This document shows positions 51,670 through 64,000 of a stretch of 64,000 nt of DNA, one piece after another. A model generated the notes under the pieces. That model saw nothing but the letters and a program-made list of their open reading frames with translations, ran no database searches and had not been told where the DNA came from. The DNA is from Raillietiella orientalis. Taxonomy: Eukaryota. Made by a program: the position numbers and the translations under genes. The DNA is taken from assembly GCA_036172245.1 (NCBI GenBank), contig JAYWIR010000031.1:2170001-2234000 (forward strand), in the 5' to 3' direction. Every line of letters starts with the position of its first letter. The first letter of the stretch is position 1.

Positions 51670-52700
51670 TATTTCCTCTCTTCCTCGGAAAGGGACCTTA
51701 GATCACTGGCTCTATCGCCTGCTGTGAGCACTCTGACTTTCGAAGCAAACATACCGGTCATCCACCGATGCTCGACGAAGAACACCGACTGTCGTACCAG
51801 CGATTTCAGCTCTGGTGGGACTGGAATGCCCCAGAAAGACGATCCATCAGCAACATCCGGCAATCCCAACGAGCTCCATGCCGTCAAGTCCCTTCGCGTG
51901 TGCCACGCGGATCTTCCGTTCGCTCTCATGCATGTTAAGTGCGGAGGATGGACGAACCAACTTCCTCGGTCTCTGAGACCGCTGGGCAAGGCCGAGTTGG
52001 TCTCAGCTCATCTCACACGAGGGAATGTTCGTCCCGGGAAGGACATCCGAGCCCGTCCTGCAAGCATCCCGTATCTCCCTGCTTTTCTGAATATCCTCGA
52101 GGCAACTCCCGCGACCAGCCGCGCTTTCGTCCTCTCTTCCTCGGAAAGGGAAATTTTGGGAGAGGACTCGGCTTCCAGGAGAACCTCCGGAACAGAGGCA
52201 AGAATTTGTGCCTTGCAGTTGGACAGGAAGAGTTCGGAATCACCAAAAGACCTATTGCAAGACCTTAGACCAGATGTGATGACCTTAGGCCAAAGTTTGT
52301 ACGACCTCCTAATCCAGTGGCAGCCCACAGCACCTCAGAGTCGAGTGCTGAAGCATCTGAAGGAGTCCAACCTCTAGACGGAAACCAAGGAACGAATTGA
52401 AAACCAGATGTGGTGAATGGGAGAAATTTCTCTGTTCTTTGACAGCTGCAGCCGCAGCTGCAACACGAGTCGAAAGACACTGCAGGTGGCTCTCTCAAGA
52501 ATAGCCGCGGAACTCCCGGATACAAACCAGTTTCTTTGGAAGAAGAAACAACTCCATCTCACTAGGCACGATCCGAAGTTCGTGCTCACTCGAATGGCGT
52601 CTTGTCATGGAGCCGCCCATGCCTGATCATTCGAGAGGAATTTCCAGTCCGCGCACTATGAGGTCGTTCCAAAGCTCGATCTGGTGCACGCCGGAGACAC
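51670..52700 (-). mobile_element. Possible decayed LINE EN-RT linker fragment
   Basis: SSLGLPDVADGSSFWG..PELKSLV...VLTAGDRASDLRSL resembles the SPGxDG..FW..KGD..L..RP region. Confidence 0.35.
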
Positions 52701-54573
52701 TTCATTCCGGAGGAACACTGAACTTCTATTTCAAACATAATTCGATGTCAGATGGAACGATCGTGCCAAAGGGAGGACCGGTGGAAAGTCGGCTGATCTT
52801 CCCTGAACTCTTACGAACCGTCACCAAAGCAGGACACTTCGGCTTCCCCTCCAAAGGAGAAAAAAAAAAAAATGCATTGCAGTAGATCAGCATCTGACCT
52901 TTCCGAGATGCCTGCAATCACCACCAATCATCAAATGATGCGCCCTTTTGGCTCCAGGAAATTCTTTTGGCATGTTATTAGGGAATGCGTCAGAAGTCGA
53001 TTGAAATTTCGAAATTCTTTCGAAAAGTGCATCTGGAGCAAAAACTTCCACATGCTTCCGCATTCGTTTGCTGTTGCTTTTTTCTCTCTCTCTCTCTCCC
53101 TGAGATTCCTCTGGAAGAATTTTTTTTGTGCTTTTATCTGTCATCATCCTCCAGTTTATTCGAGCTCTGGAGGGAGGTGCTTCTTACGAGAGACTACGCT
53201 CCCGGGATAAGTTTACGAGTGGGTAAGTTTACTCCCGAAATGGGAGTTTACGAGTTATCTTCGCCTGAACTCTTTTGCAGCTGCTCGAAAAATAAGGACG
53301 GTCCTTTCTAGTTAGTGTCCTCTTGACAAGAGCCTCCCTTTGTTCATCGCAGGCGGAGCACCGAACGCCTCACTTGTTGATGACCTTCACTTCCCGAGTG
53401 AAGGTGAGTAGCAACCTCCCTATGTGAAAACCTGAGACGCAAGGACCTCGCACCCGCCTACTAAGAGTGGTAAGGAATGAAAGGGCCCTAGAAACCATCA
53501 GCTGACCTCCGACGCGTCTCGAAGAAAAGGATACTCGAGAAGGGGACACAGGCTCGCACCCCGGGAGGAAATTTACGGTGTGCAGAATTCCCTCGTCCAC
53601 GCTTAAAAAAAAAAGCGAGGCCGCAGCCAGATTGCGGAGGAGATCCTGGGATCCTGTAAACAGGAGGAGCGAAAATTTGAAGGCTGTGATTCTGGAAGAC
53701 GGTTACCTCCATGCATTCTGTGACTTCGAGTTTATGGATGCGAATCATCTGAGCACCAAAAGGGCACGCAGCAGCAGAAGGGGGAGATCACCCTGGCTCG
53801 CTGATTTTATTCAGTCGTGGTTCCTCTCTTTTGCAGTAAGGAAAAACTTTTTGAGGGAAGAGGGACAGGGACACATCTCTTCGGGCATAACTGTTTCCCG
53901 TCTCGTGCCTTTGTTCCGCTACGGTTCGCTCGCTGGAGCGAAGCAGCGCGTGGATCACGGAGGGTGGAATCTTTCTCTGCCTGTGCCCCAGAAAACCGCC
54001 TCCTTCGAGGCACCTTGTTTATGAGCACATTTTGAGGGCTCTCTTGATGTGCTGCAACCCGCTAGGCGCAGAGAGCACACGGCACGGACTGTCGAGCTGC
54101 GAGCCCTCGAAGTTTTGTGGGGAACCGTTCTTCGAGAGAAGACAGGTGGAAACCATCGTGGGATGTGTTAGGGGCTTAGGAACCAAGAGCTGCAGAGCTG
54201 GACAGCAGACTCTCCTTGAGACCCCGGTCCTTCTGTTCCCCTCCCTTTCACCGTCCGCCTCGTCCTCCAGGCGTTCAGGAAGCCTCGGATGAATCTGGTT
54301 CGGCAGTGAAGGAGCCGCTTGCTTCCCGGGTCCACCACGTGCAATCCCAAAAGGCTTTCTCCTACCAGACTTCCGATTTCTGAGAGCAATTTGGCAGGGA
54401 TCGGCAGGAATCGAAGAGATCGGAGGAGTCAGCTCAAGCTGGGAACTCGGGCGCGGTTGGGATCCAATGAGGAAAGGACGAGCGAGTGCACGCGCTGGTC
54501 CTGGAGTCCTGTTAAGAACGGGAAGCATCTTGGTGCTGCTGGAATGAGCAGGAGGAGCAGTTCGAAGCTGATC

Positions 54574-54600
54574 GATGATGATGACGATGACGATGACGAT
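54574..54600 (+). repeat. (GAY)9 trinucleotide repeat
   Basis: GATGATGATGACGATGACGATGACGAT. Confidence 0.85.
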
Positions 54601-55645
54601 GGTTATGGGAGGAGGAGGAGAGGAGGAAAAGAGGAGGAGGAGGCAATTCCATGCTTAACGAAATCCCGGCCTCACTGAGATGTTTTGTTTGTGCGTGCCA
54701 AGAACAGTCGGACAGTCGATCTCTTTTTCTCCGCAAGAGAAGGAACAAATGCCGCAAGAGCTCGAGCAGCGAAAAAGCAAGCAAAACGAAACTTCCACAC
54801 CCCGTCCCCCATTCGAAGGGATCCCGTCAGGGTACGTCGATGTGTTTTTGATAGTCTTTTTTATCTTAGCTCGACACCACAACCCTAAATTATGAGTTGC
54901 TGGGGAGACGAATGTGGAAGGAGCAGACCAACTGCTGCTGATCTTCGAAATTCGGTGGAGAGAAGTCCATGGACTGAAAGATGAATGAGGGCTCTTTGTC
55001 AGGCTCACGCTGGCGGTGCACGGGTGCACTCTGTCGCCTGCTTGGTTTCCAGCATCATCACCGACAAATTTCAGACAGCACAACGCCCCTCTTTCGGAGC
55101 AGAGAGAAAAGTCATGATTTGGAAAACAATTCTGCTGAACCGGATCTCCCGAGGCTGGTACGTAGACAGTTCAATGATGGCATTTTTCAGTATGTTGGTC
55201 AGGGGTTTGCTCCCGGAAGATGTCCGTTTCCACAGGTGTCCCTAGAGTCGACTATAACGGACTTGGAGTACAGACGCACAATTTTTATGCACTCCTTGAG
55301 AGGGCATTAGCATAGCGCAGATCCTCATCTACTAGTTTATCAGTTTGTGTTTCTTTTCTAAAGTTCAAGTTGCATCCGGCAGTCAATGATCTGACCTTGA
55401 CACCTTGGTATTCGGTACGGAGGAAAACTGTCTTGTTAAGGAATACGCTGAAGATTTGGTTTGGTGGTTGTGTTCTTGCAATGGATTATGTATGCGTCCT
55501 TAGAATTCTGGTAAGCTCCGTTGTATTTATTTACGACTTCTCCAGAGCGGATATTTTCAGCAGTTTTTTAAGATGTGTGTTTCTTGCCCGTTCTTGAAAG
55601 AATGGATGTTGAATACTGTGTGCTTTCTTGGCGATCACAACACCA

Positions 55646-55818
55646 TCTGCATTTTTCGCAAGATTGCACAGAATTTTTTTGCAAGAGGTGTTTACGTATA
55701 CATGCATGTATATATATATATATACATCATTGAACTGTCTACGTACATGTATATATATGCATATATACGTAAACACCTCTTGCAAAAAAATTCTGTGAAA
55801 TCTTGCGAAAAATGTAGA
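55646..55818. repeat. Near-perfect foldback, ~70-bp arms, with (TA)n next to the loop
   Basis: TCTGCATTTTTCGCAAGATTGCACAGAATTTTTTTGCAAGAGGTGTTTACGTATA pairs with TATACGTAAACACCTCTTGCAAAAAAATTCTGTGAAATCTTGCGAAAAATGTAGA. Confidence 0.95.
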
Positions 55819-56404
55819 AGCACCCCCCCCTCCAAATATATTATGTATATGCATATATGATATCAACTTAGATTCCGTGACGCAACTTCTCATATACAAG
55901 GCCAGCACTTGGGAAGCGCTTTCAAAAGGTGTGGTCCAAATTTTCTGTCTCTCCTAGAGGGGAGGGTGTATATTTCCCGGGGCGAACGTATGGATGGATC
56001 TTTACTGCCAGTCAAATTCTGTTCCTTCGATCAGTAAATGACGTTCTTCGTACGGCATGAAATTTTAGAAGAGCTTACTCGGAAGATTCGGTTGCAATGT
56101 TGCTGAAGAACCCATACTGCTTTGCACCTCCAAACATCATTGACAGACCCTGGTTTGTGGAAAGTATTCGGGAAATAGGGCTGCGAGTGCTGGTGGCAAA
56201 GGATGCCGTTCATCGATGCGGAGGTCCTTTTTCCACGTTTCGATTTCGAGGAGTCCCGAGCGCAGTATATACCGAGTCCGAAACCACGATCTCTGCACTT
56301 GCTAGCGGCCATGTTAATTTGCTATAATGGTTGCAATTTGGAAAATCCACCAATCCTCCTTAAGAAACGGAGCTGAGGACTACGAGGTCTTCCTGTCGTT
56401 AAAA

Positions 56405-56451
56405 ATGCCCGGGGAACACCGGAACTGTGTGAAAGCGCTGTCCCTGTTCTG
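56405..56451 (+). CDS. Exon 1 of a predicted secreted protein of unknown function (MPGEHRNCVKALSLF-W)
   Basis: AAAAATG start context; strong donor TG|GTAAGA, phase 2; joins 57652 in frame to build a signal-peptide-like N-terminus. Confidence 0.6.
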
Positions 56452-57651
56452 GTAAGAATTCCGTGAGAAGATATCCTCAGCTCGCTTCAAGAGCTGTCAG
56501 GAGCAATAAATCAGAGATGCTAAGTGTGTTTGAGGAATGGAAGCGAGAATGGAGACCAGGATCTGGAACGCGTGAGCCGCAATTCAGACTCATGATCCGT
56601 CCGATCTGAAATATCTTCCCTTCACGAAAGATACCTCCCTACTAATAATGCTTATTTATTTGCTCCGCCATAACCGTCCCACCACTAAGAGCGCAGCAGT
56701 CTTGGACTTGGGAGGGTTCCCGAAAAGGACTTGCTTCCCGTTTCGGAAAGTCTCTTGCTTTGAACCTTTTCTTCTGCCTTCTGCAACTCTCGGAGGCCTT
56801 GTGTTGCGCGTGATCTTCGGAAGGCGCCAGCCGTCCACGGAATCCCCGGTCGCCCACAAAGTCCCGCAGCTCGGTGCGCCCGCGAAACGTCAGATTTCAT
56901 CATCATTATCATCGCTTCGCTTCGAATGCTGCTCCTCCCAATTCTCTTCGGATGGTCAAAACCCGTCCTACGCCTTCGGTCCGACTTTCAGACAGATGTG
57001 TGACGGGATCTCAACGTGCCTCAGAGTGTCTCCTCCCCCTTGAAAAACAGGGGGAAAAAAAATGGATAAGCAAATGACGACTCTCGTACTCCCGGAGGAG
57101 GAGGGAAGGATTTTCGGAAATTCGGGAAGGAAGGGGGGATGGTGGGAGGGGAGGGGGAATCACTTCCGCGCTCGTTCGACTTTCGTCAGTCCCGCTCGCT
57201 CGCGTCTTTGCGTGAGTGCGAGTTTGTGGTGATGCGGGTGGTGGGAGGGCTTTTCTGGGGAAGGGGGTGGGGGAAGAAGAGGAGGAGATCCGGATTTTCC
57301 CCTCTTCGCATGTCGTTCGATTGTTTGCACGCTGGATGCCTGTGCCGCAAAAATCCAGAAATCCTTGACTGACCTTGCAAATTTCCGTGTCTGATTTCAG
57401 TCAATCCTTCTTCCGTTGTGGGATGCTCTCGCCATTCCTTTCAAGGACTCAGTTCCCTCGAGATTAACCCCTCAAAATGCCATCCAGGAGATTCCCTGCT
57501 CTAAAGGCAAAGCCTCCTTCGAGGAGCAGAGTGCCCCGACGAACTCTTCAGGTGAATTGGTAGCTTCAAAAACGAATTTCTATAGCGGAATAAAAAGAGT
57601 CGTGGCAACCAGCACGAAGAAGCCAAGAAGGAAGGTGTTACTAAGGAACAG

Positions 57652-58339
57652 GCTGGCGCACCTCGGTGTCAGCATCCCCATGAACCCTCTCCTTTCGTTC
57701 TACTATAAGAAGCTGAACACTCCCAACAATGGCATCCGAACGTACGTCCCTCCCCAAGGATGCGAGCACTCGTCCAAGACTCATGCCGCTAGCGACTCGG
57801 AGACCAAGCCCCAGGGTCATCGAGCATCCGACCTGCTGCAATATTTCTCTAACGACAAAGTGCTCTACTACATCGTCGTTCCTGTAACGTCGTCGAACAA
57901 GAACACACCCTGGTCCATACTGAGGAGAAACGACGATTGGGGCTACCCATCCGGAGTCCACGACGACGCCGAGTCTGTGGTCGTTCAGGGAGACGACGGC
58001 GTCGCTCAGGACGAAGAGGTCGAAAACGGCGGCTACAATTCCATCCACAGCAAGCCTCTGATATACGACGACCTTGATTCCATCGTGGTCACTGACGAGA
58101 AGGGCAGCGACGGGCAGAACGACTACCGGGACCCCGAGCTGCCGTCGGTCCTGGCCGACCGCGAGTCCGTGGTGATCGTGGACGAAGGCGACCGCCCGGC
58201 GGAGTTCAGGAAGGGACACGCGGAGCGAAACGCGACGAGATCCGCCGAGGGGAACTCCAAACGTGCCGATTCCGACCCGCGGGTGGATCGGGGCGGCGGG
58301 TCGCTCGAGGGAGTAGCCGGCGGACCGGTTTCCAGGTGA
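57652..58339 (+). CDS. Exon 2 of a predicted ~244 aa acidic secreted protein of unknown function
   Basis: Long ORF with C/G-ending codon bias (GAC, GTC, AAC, TAC) and a protein-like D/E/V/S composition. Acceptor aacag is preceded by branch-like TACTAAG but has a weak pyrimidine tract. TGA ends at 58339. Confidence 0.7.
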
Positions 58340-60457
58340 TTTAGGGTTCCCGCGAAAACTTAAGAACTCTGATGCCACCGCCTTTCTTCAAGGCCGCCCC
58401 CCCACGAAAGCGGTGTTTGTTGAAAACAGTGCTGAAAAGCAGATGAAAAGAAAAAAAAGAAGAAAAAAAAAAAGAGGAGCGAGGAGGCAGGGGGTGGGGG
58501 GTCGGTTTTCGAGAGGATTCTAGAAAATTAAGAAGCAACTTCGCTTGTGTCTCTGCTGGGGAGCGCTTCAAAGCGCACACTTCCCAGTGAACTAAGAACC
58601 GCCACCACCTTTCCTCTCGACGCACGGCCAACTTCCTTCCCGCCTCTCTCCCAGTCCGAATTCTTCCTCGAAAGGATATCTGCACCACGTTACCTCGATC
58701 TGCTTCTGTCGGACGGGAGTTTTTCGGATTCCAGATCGTGAGACGCACCTCTTCGCCCGGTCGCAGTACTTCCCAGACGACGGCGCCGCGTTGCGGAACT
58801 GCTCGGAAGCTCCCTCGCTGCCGAGATTCCGTCGCCGCCTCGGATCAGCCCATTCGGGTATCGGCACGTGGCGTGAGGGGGTGCTCGCCATTGGTCAGCG
58901 CCTGTGCCAGAGGGTTCGTTTGAAAAAAGCCTGTCTTGACTGCCATTCCACATCATTCGCCCTGTATCCAAGGCAGAGCCAGGCCGCCTCTTCTGCATTC
59001 CTTCCCTTCGTGGGCTAATCAGACGACCAATCAGTGACTTCCGCTCCGTGACCTGGACGGAAAGATGTTTAGTATTCTGCTGAGGTGGAGGGCGACCGTC
59101 GCGGAGAGCTGTACCGTTAAGTGCGGACCTCGGCGTCGCCGCAGGTGCGCTCCTGGTAGTTCGTGCGCGGGCAGGAGCTTCTAGCGGGCCGCTGTTTGCA
59201 CCTGCAGGATCTCGGCCCGTGGGCGCGGACGGGACACGAGCTCTCTGGAGAAACGGTCCAGGGAACCAAGAGGCGAACCAGTAGGTATGCTGCTCCCGGT
59301 TGCCCCAGGGTGGCGCCAGAAGCCAACCCTTCCTTGCCTTCCCCCCCTGCCCTCCTTCCCTTTCGTCCCCAGGGGGTGATCTCCCCTCCGCATCCCAGAA
59401 CGGGCTGGAGACGGATGCCGCTGCCTCCGGCCGAGGTCGCGGGAGTCTCTTGACGGCGTTGCTTTTCTCGGCGGCGGCGAACCCGGAGGCAGAAAGGGAT
59501 GGTGGGGCGGGGACGCACCCGGGGCCTTCCGTGGGGCTCGTTCCTCCGCCTCCGGTGCTCCGGGGGAGGGTCGCCTGACCTTTCTGAGTGGAAGAAGCCG
59601 TCCTGCGCAGTCCGCAGGTCTTCCGCGAGAGGGCGGAGGTCAGCTGGACGTGAAGGCTTTCGGTCTGCCTCGGTTACTCCTCGCCCTTCCCTGCGGCCCC
59701 CGCCCGGATATGGGCATTCCGGTTCCGACCCAAGGATAAGCCCTCGCGGGAATGCTTCGAGGAAGGGCCGGAGGCTGCGCCCTCTCGAACGGTGCGGGAT
59801 GCCTGCGGTTGCTCTACGCGTTCCGCCTAGATGGCGGGGTGGGCAGGCAGCCGCGGGGCCGGGCAGAGGTTTCCACAGGAGCCGGAACGGGGCAGCGGTC
59901 TGCGCCCCGCTGGGGACAGCGGTGTAGGTCGGCTGGGGATGCGATCGGAGTGCGCTTGTCATATGACTCTTCCCTAGGGGTGCGGAAGAACGCGTCTCCT
60001 CCGTCCCTTCCCCCTTTTCTCCCGGGAAGCGGCGACTGTGCAGCGCATCTTCCTCGGCCCCCGGCTACCTGGCTACCCTTCTCAGGGTAACCGGATGGGG
60101 CACCACAAAACCCTCGTTTGCCTCACCCTTCGCCGATGGGGGTGGGGGTGGGACACCACCTCCCGTGCGGTCCTCCGCGTGCTTCCGCTGCCTTCCGAGC
60201 GCGCCGCGGGCAAACTCAGTGCCGGCGGGACTCCTGACCCGCCGTCACCCGGGACTGCGAATGCAGGAACTGCAACTTCGCAGCCAGAAGCTGTCTTGAA
60301 TGTCAGGAGGAGGGGGAAGAGGGGAGGTGGGAGGAGTCGCCACAGCCTCCAGTTGCCCGGGCTCCGAAGCAACAGATGCTTGGCCCCTCTTCTCATCCTC
60401 CTCCTCAGCTCTCTTCCCCACTATAGCTTCCCGAGCAGCCTCCCCCGCTTCCGCTAG

Positions 60458-61973
60458 CCCCCCAGGGATGGCGGATACCATCCGCCAGCCCTGCCCTCGG
60501 AGGCCGGAACGGACGGTTCCAGAGGGAGGGCCCCGCGCGCCTCCTCCCTCGACGCACGGGCGCCTCCGAACGTCATTCCGGGAGCTCGGAGATTTCCCTG
60601 CTTTTCCCAGGCGTTCACAAGAGGAGGGGGAGAACCTTGCTCCTCCTCCTCCTCTTCCTCCCGGGTGGGTAGGAGTGAAAGAAGACAGCGCGTCCAGAAC
60701 GAAAGGCCGGTTGGTGCCGATCCCCTCGCGGCACGGGAAGTGCACGAGCGAGCATCACGCAGATCGGGTAGGGAGACTCGCGTGTCCCGGCACTTCCGGG
60801 AGTAGGAAGAGGTGGGAGGAACCGCCCTTCCTGTCACCCGGTTCTCTGCTAAGGAAAGCCGCGTCGTTATGGGACCTCCTGCCTCCCGTCGGATCGCGCG
60901 GGAGGAAAGAGGCGGTGGGGGAAAGGGGGGGGGGAGAGGATTTCTCCCCCTTTCTTTCAGGACGACCGATTTCGGTTCTCTGATCAGGAAGATGGCGTCG
61001 TAGACCAGGCCGAGGAGGACACCGTCCGGGCGAGAGTCCCCGCTGCCGGCGCCACGCGCGCTTGACGGCTGCGACTGCAAGTCGTCGCCAGTCCGGACAG
61101 CGGCAGCGCCATTTGCACGCACGAGAACGTCTCTGGATACTCCCCTGTCTCCCTCGGCAACGTTCCGCTTCCTCCCCCGACGAAGGCCAACCGAGAACGC
61201 AGCGGGTTGGCCCTGCTTCTGGGCCCGGAGGGAGGCTGAGCCCTTCTCAAAACTTCGTCCGTCCACCCCTCACCCCACCTTGGGTGAAGTGCGGCAGCTG
61301 GTGTTCGAACGGACAGCACCCCCGGCGAAACCGGTGGAAACTGCGCTCGCCCTCTCCGTGGGGCTGGGGGAGGAAGAGGCTCGGCACCCTCTGTGATGGC
61401 GAAGAGGGCACGTCGAGGGCGCCCGCTGGGTTGAGGGGGAGGGATGAGGGAGAGGCGGGGAAGGGCTCCAGAACCCTCGGGGCCGGGAGCTCGAAGGTGC
61501 ACGGAAGATCCCGAGCGCCCCTTGCGTCCGCTCTTCCGGCCCTTCGCGTCTTCGTCGGTGGAGGAGGAGGAACCTACGGCGACAGGAGGTCCTCGAGTCG
61601 ACGGGGACGGTGAGTCTGCTCGGGCGGAAGCGACGGGCGGCGACAAAGAAGACGCGCGAAAGCCAAGGGGATGGGGGTCGGCCAGACGCGACGCGCCGGC
61701 CGAGAACGGCAGCTCGGCAGCGCCTCTCGCGGGGCGGACGGGAAGCAAGCAGCTCCCTGTCTCCCGGAGCGGAGGGAAATCTCCTGGCTATCTGACTTTT
61801 CCCTTTCTTGGAAAAGCAGGGAAGAGGTGGGGAAATCTCCGAGCTCCCGGGATGACGTTCGGAGGCGCCCGTGCGTCGAGGGAGGAGGCGCGCGCGGACG
61901 TTCTCTCTCCGGCGCCGTCCGTTCCGGCCTCCGGGGGCGGGACTGGAGAGTGGCCTCTTCCGCCCCTGGGGGG
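60458..61973. repeat. Inverted repeat, ~150-bp GC-rich arms 1.2 kb apart
   Basis: The 65-nt core 60534..60598 versus 61830..61894 has one mismatch; the flanks are more diverged. Confidence 0.9.
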
Positions 61974-64000
61974 TCATGGAGTTGTGTCCACGCAGGAGGC
62001 AGGGGCGGATGCCTGAGATGCTGTCGCGGGGAAGAGAGCAGAGGAAGCGAGAGGGAACGGGAGGAGGCGGGAAGAACGTGGGGAGCTGGATGCTGAGCAA
62101 CTGCGGGGTGGAGAAGCGATCCGACCGACGCGTGCGGCCGAGACGGACCTTCGCGAAGAGGACCGCGGGAGGGGGAGGGAGGAGAAGGACGAGGAGATAA
62201 CCCCTCCTCCTTGCACGACCCGTTCGCCCCCCGTACCCCTTCTCGCTCTCTCACCCTTTCTTTTCGGACTTGCGGGATCAGGAAAGCGCTCGCAGGTGCT
62301 GCAAAGGGGGAGCCAGGAAGCGGAAGCGGAAAAACGCAGGGGCACAGTCCAAGGAGGCCGGTAAGGCTCCCGTGACCATGGACGCCTGGTCTGCGAGGCG
62401 GCATCCCGCGGTTCGGGCATTTGCAACCGCCGAATCGGGCGGGTCGCGGCACCTCAGTCCCAGATCTCCATGGTCTTGTTCCTCCAGGGGTATTTCGGGT
62501 TCCGCGAAGCGAACCCCGGGGAGCGAATGGACCCGTTTCGCTGGGTCCAAGCGGTGGCTGGTCCGGTTTCTTAGGCATTTGTGGACCCCGGAATCCAGGC
62601 GCGAGTTTCCATGGCGACGCCTTCGGCCCTCCGGAGACGGGAGGAGCATCGAACTCCCCCTCATCCCCTAGAAGATCCGTCCTCAACGGAGGAGCCCCTG
62701 CTTCTACTGAGAGGCGGCGGTTTCGGGGATGAGAAGAACTCTCCACGAGTCACAGTGGAATCCGTCGTGTAGCGACGGGAGACTCCAAGCGCCAGTTCCA
62801 TCTGGGAAATCATAAGCGGAGACACCCCGAAGAGGAAGGTGAGTCGTTGCCTTCAGGAAACCCAGCTTCCTCCGAGGCACGACGGAGAGATGTTCGAGAG
62901 GCAGGAGAGGGCGGGGAGCGCCTGCATATATCTTGTAGGTTTCTTTCATCTCGCTTCAGCTTTTAACAGGCGGCGACAGGACGAAGGTGGGTGGGGCGGA
63001 TGATGGCGAGCGGCCACAGCAAGAGCGAGCGCGATGTGCGGGATGCGGGACCCAGGATGGGGGAGCAACGGGTCCGCAAATCGCAGATCCACCCAGAAGG
63101 TGCGCCCGCGGGACTGGGACGCGCGGGAAGGGTCGCTCCCACGCATCCCCGGTTCTCCTCGCAGCCTCCGCTAGGGGGCGACGAGACGGCCCCACGGTCC
63201 AAGGAGACTGAGCAGGAAGCATTGGGGGGCCGTGGATGGCGCCCTGCTTCTCACCCCCTCCCGACCTGCGGTGCTGCGAGACAACGGGCGAGCTGGGCGC
63301 AGCCTCCTGCTCCTCGGCAGCTTTGGCACGGAGGCGCCGGCTCGCTCGTAGGGATCCCCCACCTCCCTGGGAGCGCACTCGTCTTAGGAGGTCCTTACTG
63401 TCCTGGATTTCCCGCATCCCAGGGAGCGTTCCTGGATGCGCAACCGAGAGGATGGAAGATCCCACGGCCACGGAAAGGAGACGGCGTGTTCCCGCGATGT
63501 CGGCTAGAAGCAGCCCCTAACTGCAAAGGAGCCAAGATGAAAATTTGCGTGGGAAAGTGGGGATGGGGGAAAGGAGAAGAAAAGAGGCGTCTTGACCTCT
63601 TTGCAGCCCGTGCTTTTCTCCCTCCGTTTCTTCCTGCAGAGGCGGTTAAACCGGACGCTTGCGATGGGGCGAGCCGCAGACGTGGACCGCTGCTCGTTTC
63701 CGGAGAAGCGTCCTTTCCGAAAGCTTCCCAAAGATGCGCAGACGTTTCCATTGGGGACGCGGTGAGATCCAGAGGTTTTTTCTTTCCTCCTTCGGCGGCA
63801 CCGCGCTGCCCGAGCGGATGATCGAAGAGCTGCCAAACGGGAGGAAAGTCACGGCAAACGTGTTGTCCAGTTGACGGCACGGAGGCTCGGAGGAATCTCT
63901 CCTCTTGAAATTTTGGAAGTTCAGAGAGCGATCCGCTCCTGAGAAATGGATGGCTCCATTCGAGGACTGGCTGAAACAGGCGCCGAAGCGATTTCGGGTC

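Noticed and set aside
56069..56327. Plus-strand ORF after an aattttag acceptor-like site
   Set aside because: No recognisable motif or upstream partner exon; it overlaps the likely promoter region of the secreted-protein gene.
57641..58378. 245-aa minus-strand ORF
   Set aside because: Antisense shadow of the codon-biased plus-strand exon.

Overview
Eukaryotic (probably arthropod) genomic DNA; no prokaryotic operon, rRNA or CRISPR structure seen. (1) A 12-coding-exon long-chain acyl-CoA synthetase gene (ACSL1/5/6 type) on the minus strand spans 38880..676. All 11 introns are GT-AG and phase-compatible, giving about 677 aa. The frame is intact, but several normally invariant ANL-family motifs are substituted and the usual N-terminal membrane helix is not evident. 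(2) A predicted two-exon plus-strand gene (56405..58339) encodes a ~244 aa acidic protein with a signal-peptide-like N-terminus and no family I recognise. (3) Introns and intergenic DNA hold many decayed L1/Tx1-like non-LTR retrotransposon fragments. Four 3' ends share an AATAAA(-like) hexamer plus a GC hairpin and have no poly(A). (4) A tRNA-derived SINE with internal ~40-bp tandem units is present in three copies, one split by a nested LINE. (5) There are several inverted and direct repeats, including a 173-bp foldback whose loop is a templated 22-nt copy of nearby DNA. All homology calls are by-eye motif recognition, not database searches; repeat boundaries are approximate.
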